Part shown: positions 37,954 through 46,933 of the stretch, in pieces | Layout: each line of letters begins with the position of its first letter | How positions within the stretch are numbered: position 1 is the first letter of the stretch | From: Euryarchaeota archaeon UBA103 | GTDB taxonomy: Archaea; Thermoplasmatota; Poseidoniia; Poseidoniales; Thalassarchaeaceae | Reading direction: 5' to 3' | DNA: 64,000 nucleotides | NCBI GenBank assembly: GCA_002506825.1 | Contig: DAYH01000031.1 | Span: 84,049-148,048 of the forward strand | Program-made: the position numbers and the translations under genes | The notes under the pieces: model-generated | The model's database searches: none | The model's input: the letters and a program-made list of their open reading frames with translations, nothing else | Told to the model about the DNA's origin: nothing

Positions 37954-39267
37954 ATGTCACTAACATTCAAGCATGTATTGACACCGCCCCCCGATATGGC
38001 CTTCCGTGACATGCTGAATGGCGTCCATAACGTACGAGAATCTACTAGCGTTTTGCATGGTATGATTGAAACTTCGAACAAGCTAGGAGATATCCCCTTA
38101 GTATTCAATGACATAAGTGAGGCCCCTGGACATAGAGCGGCTCTAAACGTCTTAGAGAAGTCTAGATTGTGTGAAATGTTTGACATATCTCCAGGAGATT
38201 TGATTGATGTGCTTGCATGGGCCATGGAGAATCCTTCTGAGCCTGAGATTGTAGATTATACTGATGCGCCCGTAATGCAATCTGGCCAGGAAGATGTCGA
38301 TCTGTCAAAAATTCCCATTCCCTGGCACTTTGAGGAAGATGGGGGGAGGTATCAATCAGCATCAATTATTGTTGCACAGTATTCCGGAGTTAGGAATGTA
38401 TCTTTCCATCGTCAATTACTAAGGGACAGTAAACACACTGTTGCTAGGCTCGTTCCAAGGCATCTGAGGACCATCAGCTCTGAAGCTGCAGAGGCAGGAG
38501 ATGATGTTCCGATTGCCGTGGTGAATGGTGCAGATCCCACTGTCCTTCTTGCGGCCGCGATGTCATTCTCCGACTATGTTGATGAGTTAACTGTCGCCTC
38601 ATCCTTACACACGAAGCTTCACGGTACACCTCTGAAAGTCGTAATACTCCCTAACGGGGTCATGGTCCCCGCTAATGCTGAGTATGCTATGGAAGCCAGG
38701 ATAACTACTGAGAGAGATGATGAGGGCCCGTATGTAGATATCACCGGAACCGTGGACGATATTAGGCAGGAGCACGTGATTGAGTACGATTGTGTACACC
38801 ATCGTATTAACCCTATATTCCATGCGCTGATACCTACTGGAATTGAACATAGAACATTAATGGGAATGCCAAGAGCACCTACAATAAAGAATTCAGTATC
38901 CAAGGTAGTTGATTGTGTGGATGTGCACATGACTGATGGGGGATGTGGATGGTTATCCTCGGTGGTTCAAATAATTCCAAAGAATGACGGCGACGGGATG
39001 CTGGCTATTGAGGCGGCTTTCAGGGGCCATCCCTCTATGAAACAGGTTGTAGTGGTTGACAAAGACATAGACATCTCGGATCCAAAAAGGGTGGAGTGGG
39101 CATTGATGACAAGGTGGCAACCAGACAAAGATACCATAATTCTGAGCGGGCAGAGAGGATCCAGTCTCGATCCCAGTAGGACCGAAGACGGAGTGACGAG
39201 TAAAATCGGCATGGACGCCACTCTTACTCCTGGCATGGACAGGTCTCCTTTCGAGTCAGTTTTGTGA
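37954..39267 (+). CDS. UbiD-family (prenylated-FMN dependent) decarboxylase, possibly the MqnL-type step of menaquinone synthesis
   Basis: 437 aa; alignable by eye to UbiD (GGRYQSASI, EGPYVDITG, HMTDGGCG, VVVVDKDIDISDPKRVEWALMTR). Confidence 0.7.
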   Translation: MSLTFKHVLTPPPDMAFRDMLNGVHNVRESTSVLHGMIETSNKLGDIPLVFNDISEAPGHRAALNVLEKSRLCEMFDISPGDLIDVLAWAMENPSEPEIVDYTDAPVMQSGQEDVDLSKIPIPWHFEEDGGRYQSASIIVAQYSGVRNVSFHRQLLRDSKHTVARLVPRHLRTISSEAAEAGDDVPIAVVNGADPTVLLAAAMSFSDYVDELTVASSLHTKLHGTPLKVVILPNGVMVPANAEYAMEARITTERDDEGPYVDITGTVDDIRQEHVIEYDCVHHRINPIFHALIPTGIEHRTLMGMPRAPTIKNSVSKVVDCVDVHMTDGGCGWLSSVVQIIPKNDGDGMLAIEAAFRGHPSMKQVVVVDKDIDISDPKRVEWALMTRWQPDKDTIILSGQRGSSLDPSRTEDGVTSKIGMDATLTPGMDRSPFESVL

Positions 39268-39274
39268 GGTCATT

Positions 39275-40270
39275 ATGTCGGATTCAGATATTGCAGATAG
39301 TCTGCAGCACCCCCGGAGGAGTCTCGGAGATAGGCATAGAAGTCAAGCTGAGAAGTATCTCAACCTCGCTATAGATGAGGAAGGGAGGTTGATTCAAGAA
39401 CGACTTGTCAATCTAGAGTGGGGAGAGCAAAGTGCTCGACAGGCTGTTCTATACGATTTTACTAATCCTGAGAATTGGAAAGCTCTGGTTAGAGTGAAGA
39501 CCCTCCTTGGCGATTCAGAGGGTATTCGATCTGTTCTAGAAGACTTATTCTCAGTTTTAGGTAGGAAGCCAGAGCAGCTAACTCAACTAGAGGGAGTAGA
39601 TTTTTTGACCTCTGGTTACCGTTTGCTTCTTGCTTCTTTGGAGGCCGACCCACTGGATACTAACCAGTGGTGGAAGATGGTCTCTAATTCTCAGGATGTT
39701 CTCACGGACTTCCTCGATAGGACTAGCAAGCTGGATCTAAGAGACAGGCGGGCGAATACTCTGTTCTCGAGAAGGATAGAAAGAATAAGGGACTCTGGCG
39801 ATGAAGACCAATTTATGCGTTTATCGAAAATTATTTTGGCTCAGAGACCAACTAATCATGAAGCATGGGCATCACTTGGGAGAATGCATGAAAGAAGGGG
39901 TGAATATAGTGATGCATGGCTTTGCTATGACCAAGCTCAGTTGTGCTTCCCGGGGAATCCCGTCAGGGACGAGTTCAAATCTAGGATGGAAGATGAGCTC
40001 GATGGAAATCAAAGAAAGAAGTGGAAGTCACCCGGAATAGAACAGAGAGTTGATTTCCTGAGTAAGATGGAAGATATGGCGGCCCCTGATAATGAGATTG
40101 AAGTCAAGGAGGATCAGATTGCTGAAAATCCAATGGGAGAAGTGGAGGAAATGATCAATGAAGGGAGGCTGTCTAAAGCTTTCTTCATGACGAGAAGAAT
40201 GGCCGCCCGAGGAATTGAGGGGGCACTTGAAATTAATGAAGAATTGCGGAAAAAAATGGAGGGAGAGTGA
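39275..40270 (+). CDS. Hypothetical alpha-helical, TPR-like protein
   Basis: 331 aa; no recognisable catalytic motif; one TPR-like unit (HEAWASLGRMHERRGEYSDAWLCYDQAQ). Confidence 0.5.
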   Translation: MSDSDIADSLQHPRRSLGDRHRSQAEKYLNLAIDEEGRLIQERLVNLEWGEQSARQAVLYDFTNPENWKALVRVKTLLGDSEGIRSVLEDLFSVLGRKPEQLTQLEGVDFLTSGYRLLLASLEADPLDTNQWWKMVSNSQDVLTDFLDRTSKLDLRDRRANTLFSRRIERIRDSGDEDQFMRLSKIILAQRPTNHEAWASLGRMHERRGEYSDAWLCYDQAQLCFPGNPVRDEFKSRMEDELDGNQRKKWKSPGIEQRVDFLSKMEDMAAPDNEIEVKEDQIAENPMGEVEEMINEGRLSKAFFMTRRMAARGIEGALEINEELRKKMEGE

Positions 40271-40662
40271 TGTTTGTATTGTGTTGGACATATTCCAGTA
40301 AAGGAGAGGAGTCGGGCAATCCCTGGATTATGGTATTGCACAAAGAGAGAGGTTGGGAGCTTCCCGGCGGGGAGGTCCATGACGAAGAAGAATGGGACGT
40401 TGCGGCCTTGAGAGAACTCTATGAGGAAACTGGATTACTGGGAACTGCGATATCTTACGAGGAGGATCTAGTAGATGGCGGCGTGGTTGTTCTCATAGAA
40501 GTGAATGATGTTCCATTTCCAGAGCCTTGGGGATCTAATGATGGTTCTATTGAGGAAGTTGGATGGTGTGTAGAAGTTCCATCTAGGCTTTCTTGGGATG
40601 AAGGAGAGATTATCAAGATCAAGAATCACGATTGGAATTCTTCCAAAAGATTGGGGTCCTGA
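40267..40662 (+). CDS. Nudix hydrolase
   Basis: 131 aa; Nudix box GGEVHDEEEWDVAALRELYEETGL; 4-nt overlap with the upstream gene. Confidence 0.75.
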   Translation: MMFVLCWTYSSKGEESGNPWIMVLHKERGWELPGGEVHDEEEWDVAALRELYEETGLLGTAISYEEDLVDGGVVVLIEVNDVPFPEPWGSNDGSIEEVGWCVEVPSRLSWDEGEIIKIKNHDWNSSKRLGS

Positions 40663-41474
40663 ATCTCCCCCTTCCTTGATTCTAGGGCATCCCTCCATAC
40701 ACGTCTATCTATTTTCTCGGACGCCTCAATAATTAATCCAATGTCTATTCTCGACGAACCTGACAAATCGTGGGTTAAAATTGGGAATAGGTAATCTACG
40801 ACCGAGGCGATATCATCGGGATTGGAGGGAGTGGTGGTATTGCCGGGCCCCTGACGGGGTTTTGCATCATCAATTATTGAGGCCATGGTTGGGGAGTCTT
40901 TACTAATATCATCAAGGGCCAAATCAAGCCATTCCAAGGATGTGGCTATTGACTCTGGAACCATCTCTAATTCCATGAATCCCAATCTTGCCGACCATAG
41001 GTGCCTCATAGCGGGACCGTAGTCACTCATTGAGCTGAGGATTCTGCCAACCTCTAATCTAGATAGTGAATTTATGTCCAGAGGATGTCCATTATTGATT
41101 GAAATTTCAGAATGTGTGGCTAAGGACATCATTAACTCACCTCTGTTCGCATGCCACGTAGCTAGATTTAGCAAAGCAAGTCCGTGTACGGAAGATCCGC
41201 TGGATATGGCATTCAATCTGTCTACGCACCACCTTAGTTCGGATCCAATTTCCTCCTCCTTTACCGCTCCGATAAGTGCCCTCTCTAACCTGACTCTGGC
41301 CTCAATATCGTGATTTCTTTCTGAAGGTGATCTAGATCTCTCCAAAAGCGAGTCTGAGATTTCCATAGCATCGCTTGTCTTACCTTCAGAGAGTAAATCG
41401 AGCATGAACTTTAGATCATCGCCGAGTTCATTTTGTTCGGATTCTATTCCTGACATAATCTCACTGCGATTCAT
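40626..41474 (-). CDS. Hypothetical protein
   Basis: 282 aa; helical and acidic; last gene of the exosome superoperon-like minus-strand run. Confidence 0.45.
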   Translation of the reverse strand: MNRSEIMSGIESEQNELGDDLKFMLDLLSEGKTSDAMEISDSLLERSRSPSERNHDIEARVRLERALIGAVKEEEIGSELRWCVDRLNAISSGSSVHGLALLNLATWHANRGELMMSLATHSEISINNGHPLDINSLSRLEVGRILSSMSDYGPAMRHLWSARLGFMELEMVPESIATSLEWLDLALDDISKDSPTMASIIDDAKPRQGPGNTTTPSNPDDIASVVDYLFPILTHDLSGSSRIDIGLIIEASEKIDRRVWRDALESRKGEIQDPNLLEEFQS

Positions 41475-41811
41475 AGGCCCTAACTAGGCCATCATATTTT
41501 TCTCTGAGCTCTTTCTCTTTGGAGGATAGCCTATCCATGTGCTCTTGAAATGAGTTCATGGCTAGTGCTAGGTCATTCTTCAGTGATTCTCTGTCTTCGA
41601 CCTCGAGAAGGAGGCTTCCAATTGCTCTGTAAACTGGCTTAGAGGGATGCTGACTAGATAGTGCGTCGATTGTTATCGTCAATTCGCTTAGTTGAGTGGT
41701 GACATTTTGCATCTGGGCCAGAGTGGCCTGTAACTCTTGGGCTACCGCTTTCAAGGTCTCTGCGATGTCATTATTTGCGTTCATACTAGTCACCTGATTC
41801 TCTGATTGCAT
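41461..41811 (-). CDS. pfdB: Prefoldin beta subunit
   Basis: 116 aa; two coiled coils flanking a beta-hairpin region; canonical position in the exosome superoperon. Confidence 0.75.
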   Translation of the reverse strand: MQSENQVTSMNANNDIAETLKAVAQELQATLAQMQNVTTQLSELTITIDALSSQHPSKPVYRAIGSLLLEVEDRESLKNDLALAMNSFQEHMDRLSSKEKELREKYDGLVRAYESQ

Positions 41812-42028
41812 TCAAAGCTTGCTCAGAGGCGATTATCCCTCTCATTGTGGAATTCCATATGGCCCTTGTATCTGAGAAATTACTCGCAGTTATTGAAATA
41901 GAGATTTTTCCATTATTCTCGGTAAAGTCTGATTCGGTTTTCAGTCCGCTGGCTATGTGCTCCGCTTCAGCATGTAGAAAATTGAGAGATAGAGAGATTG
42001 TTCTCTCATTCTTCCTCTGAGTCGGCAA
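41786..42028 (-). CDS. pcc1: Probable KEOPS subunit Pcc1
   Basis: 80 aa; AEHIASGL and RAIWNSTMRGI resemble Pcc1 motifs; conserved superoperon neighbour of L37ae and prefoldin. Confidence 0.45.
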   Translation of the reverse strand: MPTQRKNERTISLSLNFLHAEAEHIASGLKTESDFTENNGKISISITASNFSDTRAIWNSTMRGIIASEQALNAIRESGD

Positions 42029-42383
42029 TTTCGTCTGCCTCCGCTAATTTTCTCTCAAAGTCAACTGCAGCTTGTTGAGCGATGACAGCCATATCGGTGG
42101 CTGTAGCACCTTCCATTGATCTCCTGACTACCCTGTTGTTAGCGTCAGATGCTCTCGTGAAAGGCTCCCAAACTCCGCCAGAGAAGGTATAATCGCACTT
42201 TTTGCAATGCCAAATGCCAGCTGACTTCCTTCTTACTTTGACATAATGACATTTTGGACAGGTGTATAACTTTGATTTCTTCTTTATGGCTGAACCAGCT
42301 CTCCTTCTAACGCTAACTCCGTACCGTGATCCGAAACGTGCTGTAAGACCTGCTTTCTGTGTTCTCTTTGCCATCCAAATCAC
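42006..42383 (-). CDS. rpl37ae: 50S ribosomal protein L37Ae (eL43) with acidic C-terminal extension
   Basis: C-x2-C-x14-C-x2-C ribbon (CPKCHYVKVRRKSAGIWHCKKCDY); about 35 extra C-terminal residues. Confidence 0.8.
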   Translation of the reverse strand: MIWMAKRTQKAGLTARFGSRYGVSVRRRAGSAIKKKSKLYTCPKCHYVKVRRKSAGIWHCKKCDYTFSGGVWEPFTRASDANNRVVRRSMEGATATDMAVIAQQAAVDFERKLAEADEIADSEEE

Positions 42384-42386
42384 CTA

Positions 42387-43160
42387 TCAGTCTACAATTT
42401 CTCTTAATTCGGCACACCTAGCTTTGGCGTGCTCCATTATCTCTTCAAACTCGTCTGCCGTGAAGATTCCCTTTAGACCCTTCTGGAGAGAGTGTACATG
42501 ATCATCGTCACCTAGGGTGATATGAATTCTCTCGTCGCCTCCAAGTTCTTCCCTGTACGAAGCATCGTACACAAACCTGCCACCCACCTTGTGATAAGAG
42601 CACATTATTGGCTTTTTAGAGACTTTTAGAGGTGAGTCTTCGCCTACTTCGAACCGTTCTGCAGGAATTATGGCGCTCCTTAGGGCCGCGATACCTGCTA
42701 ATGCGAATGCGTCGAAAAGATTTCCGTCATCGGATATGGCATGAAGGTCCAAGATGACTTGCCATGCCTTTTCTCCGGGTATGATGCATAGATCGTCAAC
42801 ATCGATACATCCAGATTCTCTAATTCCACGATCTACCACTCTTCCAAGCTCTATTGCTTCGGGACTGGGTGGGCCTGCCTCCCAATGCCTTCCCGCTATT
42901 GGCCTTACTTCGCAGGAACACATTAGTCCTCCCTGGTTTGGCCTGTCTGGATATGGCGTCATTAGCTGAAACTTTACTCCGGCCAATACTATGGTATTAC
43001 CCATGGTGACCTTTGCGGACCCCTCAGCTCTTGGTAGGATTCCGGTCTCTAGCTTGAGATCTCTTCCTTCGAATTGATCTCTTCCATCTAATCTTGAGTC
43101 ATTTAGAGCGAGATCTGTGAGGTGGTCCCTGAGTAGGTTGGGAACTGTGGGGGCTGACAT
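42387..43160 (-). CDS. rrp42: Exosome complex component Rrp42
   Basis: 257 aa; RNase PH-like domain, non-catalytic partner; gene order. Confidence 0.8.
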   Translation of the reverse strand: MSAPTVPNLLRDHLTDLALNDSRLDGRDQFEGRDLKLETGILPRAEGSAKVTMGNTIVLAGVKFQLMTPYPDRPNQGGLMCSCEVRPIAGRHWEAGPPSPEAIELGRVVDRGIRESGCIDVDDLCIIPGEKAWQVILDLHAISDDGNLFDAFALAGIAALRSAIIPAERFEVGEDSPLKVSKKPIMCSYHKVGGRFVYDASYREELGGDERIHITLGDDDHVHSLQKGLKGIFTADEFEEIMEHAKARCAELREIVD

Positions 43161-43876
43161 CAGTTATCCCCTCCCTTGAGTGCTTCTACCATGAGTTTGT
43201 GAACCTCCATAGCCGCATCTACGTTGTAGTCCCAAGCTTGCTTGAATTCAGCGGGAGATAAATCGCCATCCATTTGGAGGAAGACTAGCTCACCTGTATT
43301 GGGAAGTACACCCATTGGAAGATCCGCCTCACCGTAGTTATCTTCCTCTTTGTTTAAGTCGCACACTACGACATCGTTAATCTTACCACTCGCTACACTG
43401 ACTACCATATCTGTCATTGGAATGCCTGCATCGGCGAGAGCGACCGAGGCCGCAGTAAGCCCGACACACCTGGTTCCAGCTTCCGCGGAGACTATTTCGA
43501 TGCTTACCCTTATCTTGGACCTAGGATATAGCTCTAGAAGGACTACGCTCTCCAACGCGTCCTTTGTTACTTTGCTAATCTCCCTGCTCCTACGATTGAA
43601 GCCCGGTCTGATCCTATCTGTCGTGGAAAAGGGTGCCATGTTGTATGCAACATCGATGACTGCCCTATCTTGTCGTTGGATCTTCCTTGGGTGTGCCTCC
43701 ATTGGCCCGTAAACTGCAACTATGGCCTCGTTGGTCCCCCACGTCATTCTGCAAGAGCCGTCAGCTACAGGAATTACGCCTGTTTCGATTGTTATGGGCC
43801 TGACATCACCTGGCTTTCTGCCATCCATCCTCAGTCCGTTTTCATCTATCATCTGAACATCTCCGTAACCACCCAT
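43160..43876 (-). CDS. rrp41: Exosome complex exonuclease Rrp41
   Basis: 238 aa; RNase PH domain with DGR phosphate-binding region. Confidence 0.85.
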   Translation of the reverse strand: MGGYGDVQMIDENGLRMDGRKPGDVRPITIETGVIPVADGSCRMTWGTNEAIVAVYGPMEAHPRKIQRQDRAVIDVAYNMAPFSTTDRIRPGFNRRSREISKVTKDALESVVLLELYPRSKIRVSIEIVSAEAGTRCVGLTAASVALADAGIPMTDMVVSVASGKINDVVVCDLNKEEDNYGEADLPMGVLPNTGELVFLQMDGDLSPAEFKQAWDYNVDAAMEVHKLMVEALKGGDN

Positions 43877-44595
43877 TATGCATCAACTCCTATCATTCTG
43901 GCCTCTGAAGATATACTATTAATCTTCTTTCTGACCTCTAATATATTCTCAAGCTCCCCATCAATCCAGAGACGCCCATTGTCAGCAACGACTATCCTGC
44001 AGTCTGTCTGCATCTTCATTTCCCTAAGGAAGGCGCCTCCTTTGCCTATGAGCTTGCCTAAGAGATGCGGATCTAATTCATCCAAAGCGCCTGAGCGGAT
44101 CTTTCTGAGTCCCATTCCCTTCATTGTCACAACGCTTTGGTGAGTCTCTTCGACCTCTTGGACCCTGCATAGAATGGAGTCGCCTATGTCTAGAATTTTC
44201 CTGGTTCCTCCGAACTCGACCTTGGCTGGCCCGAGGCTCATTGGGAGTATTGAGTTGAATGGGGCACCTATGTCTACAAACCATATATTGTTCGTGCATC
44301 CCTCTATATGCCCTATTACCAGATCTCCTGGCCTGGGCATGTATCTCGTGTGCAGTGGACTAACTGAAATTGTGTTTCCCTTTCTGCTCATTCTTCCTTG
44401 TTTCGTTGAAATGACTCTGTCACCGACGACTAAAACGCCATGTCCAGCTTCAATCCCCTCTGATGATCCAAGGTCCTCCCCTGGTACGACGACGAGGGTG
44501 CGTCGTGTGTCTCGCGGTCCGTCCGCGCTGCTCTCAATACTCATGTTATCGGGCTGCCCGACCGGCCTACTATTCATAACCGTTGATGTCGACAC
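43876..44595 (-). CDS. rrp4: Exosome complex RNA-binding protein Rrp4 (S1 + KH)
   Basis: 239 aa; S1 domain (GDLVIGHI) and KH GKGG loop (LIGKGGAFL). Confidence 0.8.
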   Translation of the reverse strand: MSTSTVMNSRPVGQPDNMSIESSADGPRDTRRTLVVVPGEDLGSSEGIEAGHGVLVVGDRVISTKQGRMSRKGNTISVSPLHTRYMPRPGDLVIGHIEGCTNNIWFVDIGAPFNSILPMSLGPAKVEFGGTRKILDIGDSILCRVQEVEETHQSVVTMKGMGLRKIRSGALDELDPHLLGKLIGKGGAFLREMKMQTDCRIVVADNGRLWIDGELENILEVRKKINSISSEARMIGVDA

Positions 44596-44608
44596 CTACG
44601 GTGGGAAG

Positions 44609-45322
44609 TCAGTCAAGCTCCTTGACTTCAGCCTCTGATGCCCTACTTGCGACTTTACTGATTAGATCATTCTTCATCCCACCCGGGACCTCTACCACAC
44701 AGGCCCACGTCCCATCAGTGAGCCATTCTTGACGTGTTACTAGGTCTCGAAGGATTTGATTGACAGCCCCGTATGAGGACCCGGGAATCTTGAAAGCTAG
44801 GCGCATGGTGATGAATTGGAGGGGAATTAGTGGCTTCAGTACCTTTACCGCATCTGAAACCTGACTCTCGAGGGATTTGAACGGGTCGACAGAGAAGCGA
44901 GCCTCTTCAAGAGCGTTCTCTATCCTAGTTCTGGGATGTGGCATCCTAGTTTTGGGATCGGTAGCAGTGGTCGCTATCTCGTTTATGATCTGAAGTTTCT
45001 TCTCTTCGACCATTTTCTTTCTCTGGGCGGTTGTTAGTTGGATAGACCCCTTTCTCAAAATAATTTCTACACAGTGTTGTAGGTCGTTACTTCCGAAAAC
45101 GCTTTCCAGAGCATCGGATGTGGGCCTCTCACCGTTTCTTGAGTCCGTCCAAACCTCATTGACCGCCAGAAGTTCATCCAAATCCACAGATGAAGGATCT
45201 TCTTTCCATGTATCTACTAGATCCGGATCCACCAGAATCTCATATCTTGAACCGCCCTTTTCGAGTCTAGCAATTACTGCATCATCAAGACTAACCATGT
45301 AAGTCGTAGATGCTACAAGCAT
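44609..45322 (-). CDS. sdo1: Ribosome maturation protein Sdo1/SBDS
   Basis: 237 aa; FYSH N-domain (GSRYEILVDPD) and three-domain architecture. Confidence 0.8.
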   Translation of the reverse strand: MLVASTTYMVSLDDAVIARLEKGGSRYEILVDPDLVDTWKEDPSSVDLDELLAVNEVWTDSRNGERPTSDALESVFGSNDLQHCVEIILRKGSIQLTTAQRKKMVEEKKLQIINEIATTATDPKTRMPHPRTRIENALEEARFSVDPFKSLESQVSDAVKVLKPLIPLQFITMRLAFKIPGSSYGAVNQILRDLVTRQEWLTDGTWACVVEVPGGMKNDLISKVASRASEAEVKELD

Positions 45323-45349
45323 AAGGACATAGTGGAGTTATTTGCATTT

Positions 45350-46069
45350 CTAGAGTTTTGAAATGTGCTTCTCCAGTTCTGGAGCGGCGAGTTCTCTGTA
45401 TCCCTCGGAGTTGATAACGCAGATTTCTACAGATTCCTCCGATAGCCCATCTTCAAAGGTCCGTGAAAGTGCCTCTAATCCAATTTTGATGGCCGCATTT
45501 TCGGTCATTCCTGACTTCCATTTATCCTCGAAGTAGGAAATAACCTCACTTCGACCGCTTCCAATAGCTCCGGCCTGATATGAGCCATACGCTCCAGAAG
45601 GATCTGTTTCGTAAAGATGTGGTCCCTCAGAATCGACCCCTGCTATCAACAATGCAGTACCGAAAGGCCTGGCGCCCCCGTACTGTGTGAATGACTGCTT
45701 GTAGTCACACATTTTCTTGACTAAGGTCGTCACATCGATGGAGTCTCCATATGTCATCTTATTAATTTGGCATTGCACCCTGGCCCTATCGACCAATTGT
45801 CTTGCATCGGCAACCAAACCAGAAGTTGTAATTCCGATATGATCGTCAATCTTGTACATTTTCTCTATTGACTCTGGGATTACTAACTTGCTAGGTATTC
45901 TCTTAGCTACTATCAGTATGACCCCGTCTCTGAATTTTACCCCCACGGTGGTAGACCCTCTCTTCACCGATTCACGAGCATACTCAACTTGGTGAAGTCG
46001 TCCATCTGGTGAGAAAGTTCCTACTGAAGAATCGTATCCGCGTCCGCTCGGTTGCATCGTAATCAACAC
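45350..46069 (-). CDS. psmA: Proteasome subunit alpha
   Basis: 239 aa; YDSSVGTFSPDGRLHQVEYA alpha-subunit signature. Confidence 0.9.
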   Translation of the reverse strand: MLITMQPSGRGYDSSVGTFSPDGRLHQVEYARESVKRGSTTVGVKFRDGVILIVAKRIPSKLVIPESIEKMYKIDDHIGITTSGLVADARQLVDRARVQCQINKMTYGDSIDVTTLVKKMCDYKQSFTQYGGARPFGTALLIAGVDSEGPHLYETDPSGAYGSYQAGAIGSGRSEVISYFEDKWKSGMTENAAIKIGLEALSRTFEDGLSEESVEICVINSEGYRELAAPELEKHISKL

Positions 46070-46156
46070 TCATGCATCAACGGCCTCTTATCAAGGTTGG
46101 TTGCAAAGAACGTCTTCCTTCGTTGCATTCAAGCGGAATGGTTGGTTCGTGGATGC

Positions 46157-46909
46157 ATGCGTGTAGCTGTGTTGTGCTCTGGAGGGAAGGACTCGACATA
46201 TGCCACTTGGTGGTCAATAATGAGAGGTTGGGATGTTAGAGCATTAGTGACTCTTTGTGTCACTGGGGACGATTCGATGATGTTTCAGACGGGAGGAGTC
46301 TGTGTAGCAGGCCTTCAGTCAGCTTCCTCCGAAATTCCATGGCTTCCGATTATCAGTGATGGCATTGAAGAAGAGGAAGTGCTAGATTTACAGAGGGGGT
46401 TATCTGGCGAAACAGAGCCTGCAAAAGATTTCATGTCATTCTGGCCAGATAATTGGGACAGTGAAGGCATAGTATTGCATGAAGGTAAGCTAGAAATTGA
46501 CGCCCTGGTCTCAGGTGCGCTCAGATCTGACTATCAGAGAACAAGGATCGAGAGAATGTGCTCTCGTCTAGGAATCAAATCGTTCTCTCCGTTATGGCAC
46601 CATGACCCTGATGATCACATCAGATCATTGCCAAGTCACGGTTTCGATGTCAGGCTTTCCTCCGTCTCGTCGGATGGCCTCGATAGTAAGTGGCTAGGTA
46701 GAAAATTAGGATTTTCAGAGGTGGAAGAGCTGATTGGCGTTTCATCTGAATTTAGATTCAATGCAGATGGCGAGGGCGGGGAATATGAAACTCTAGTTCT
46801 TGACTCTCCGCATATGAAAAGAAGGATTGTTCTGGAAGGGGAAATGTCTTGGGAAAGGGACAGGGGGAGCTGGAATATCTCCTCGGGGCGTTTGTCTTCT
46901 AATCGCTAG
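46157..46909 (+). CDS. Diphthine-ammonia ligase Dph6-like PP-loop ATPase (MJ0570 family)
   Basis: MRVAVLCSGGKDS PP-loop; start set at ATG 46157 to avoid overlap with psmA. Confidence 0.7.
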   Translation: MRVAVLCSGGKDSTYATWWSIMRGWDVRALVTLCVTGDDSMMFQTGGVCVAGLQSASSEIPWLPIISDGIEEEEVLDLQRGLSGETEPAKDFMSFWPDNWDSEGIVLHEGKLEIDALVSGALRSDYQRTRIERMCSRLGIKSFSPLWHHDPDDHIRSLPSHGFDVRLSSVSSDGLDSKWLGRKLGFSEVEELIGVSSEFRFNADGEGGEYETLVLDSPHMKRRIVLEGEMSWERDRGSWNISSGRLSSNR

Positions 46910-46933
46910 ACTCAAACCGGAGGTGCCAGTCGC

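Noticed and set aside
42006-42383. Possibility that the long L37Ae ORF is a fusion with RpoP (Rpb12)
   Set aside because: The C-terminal extension is acidic and lacks any second C-x2-C pair, so it does not look like RpoP.
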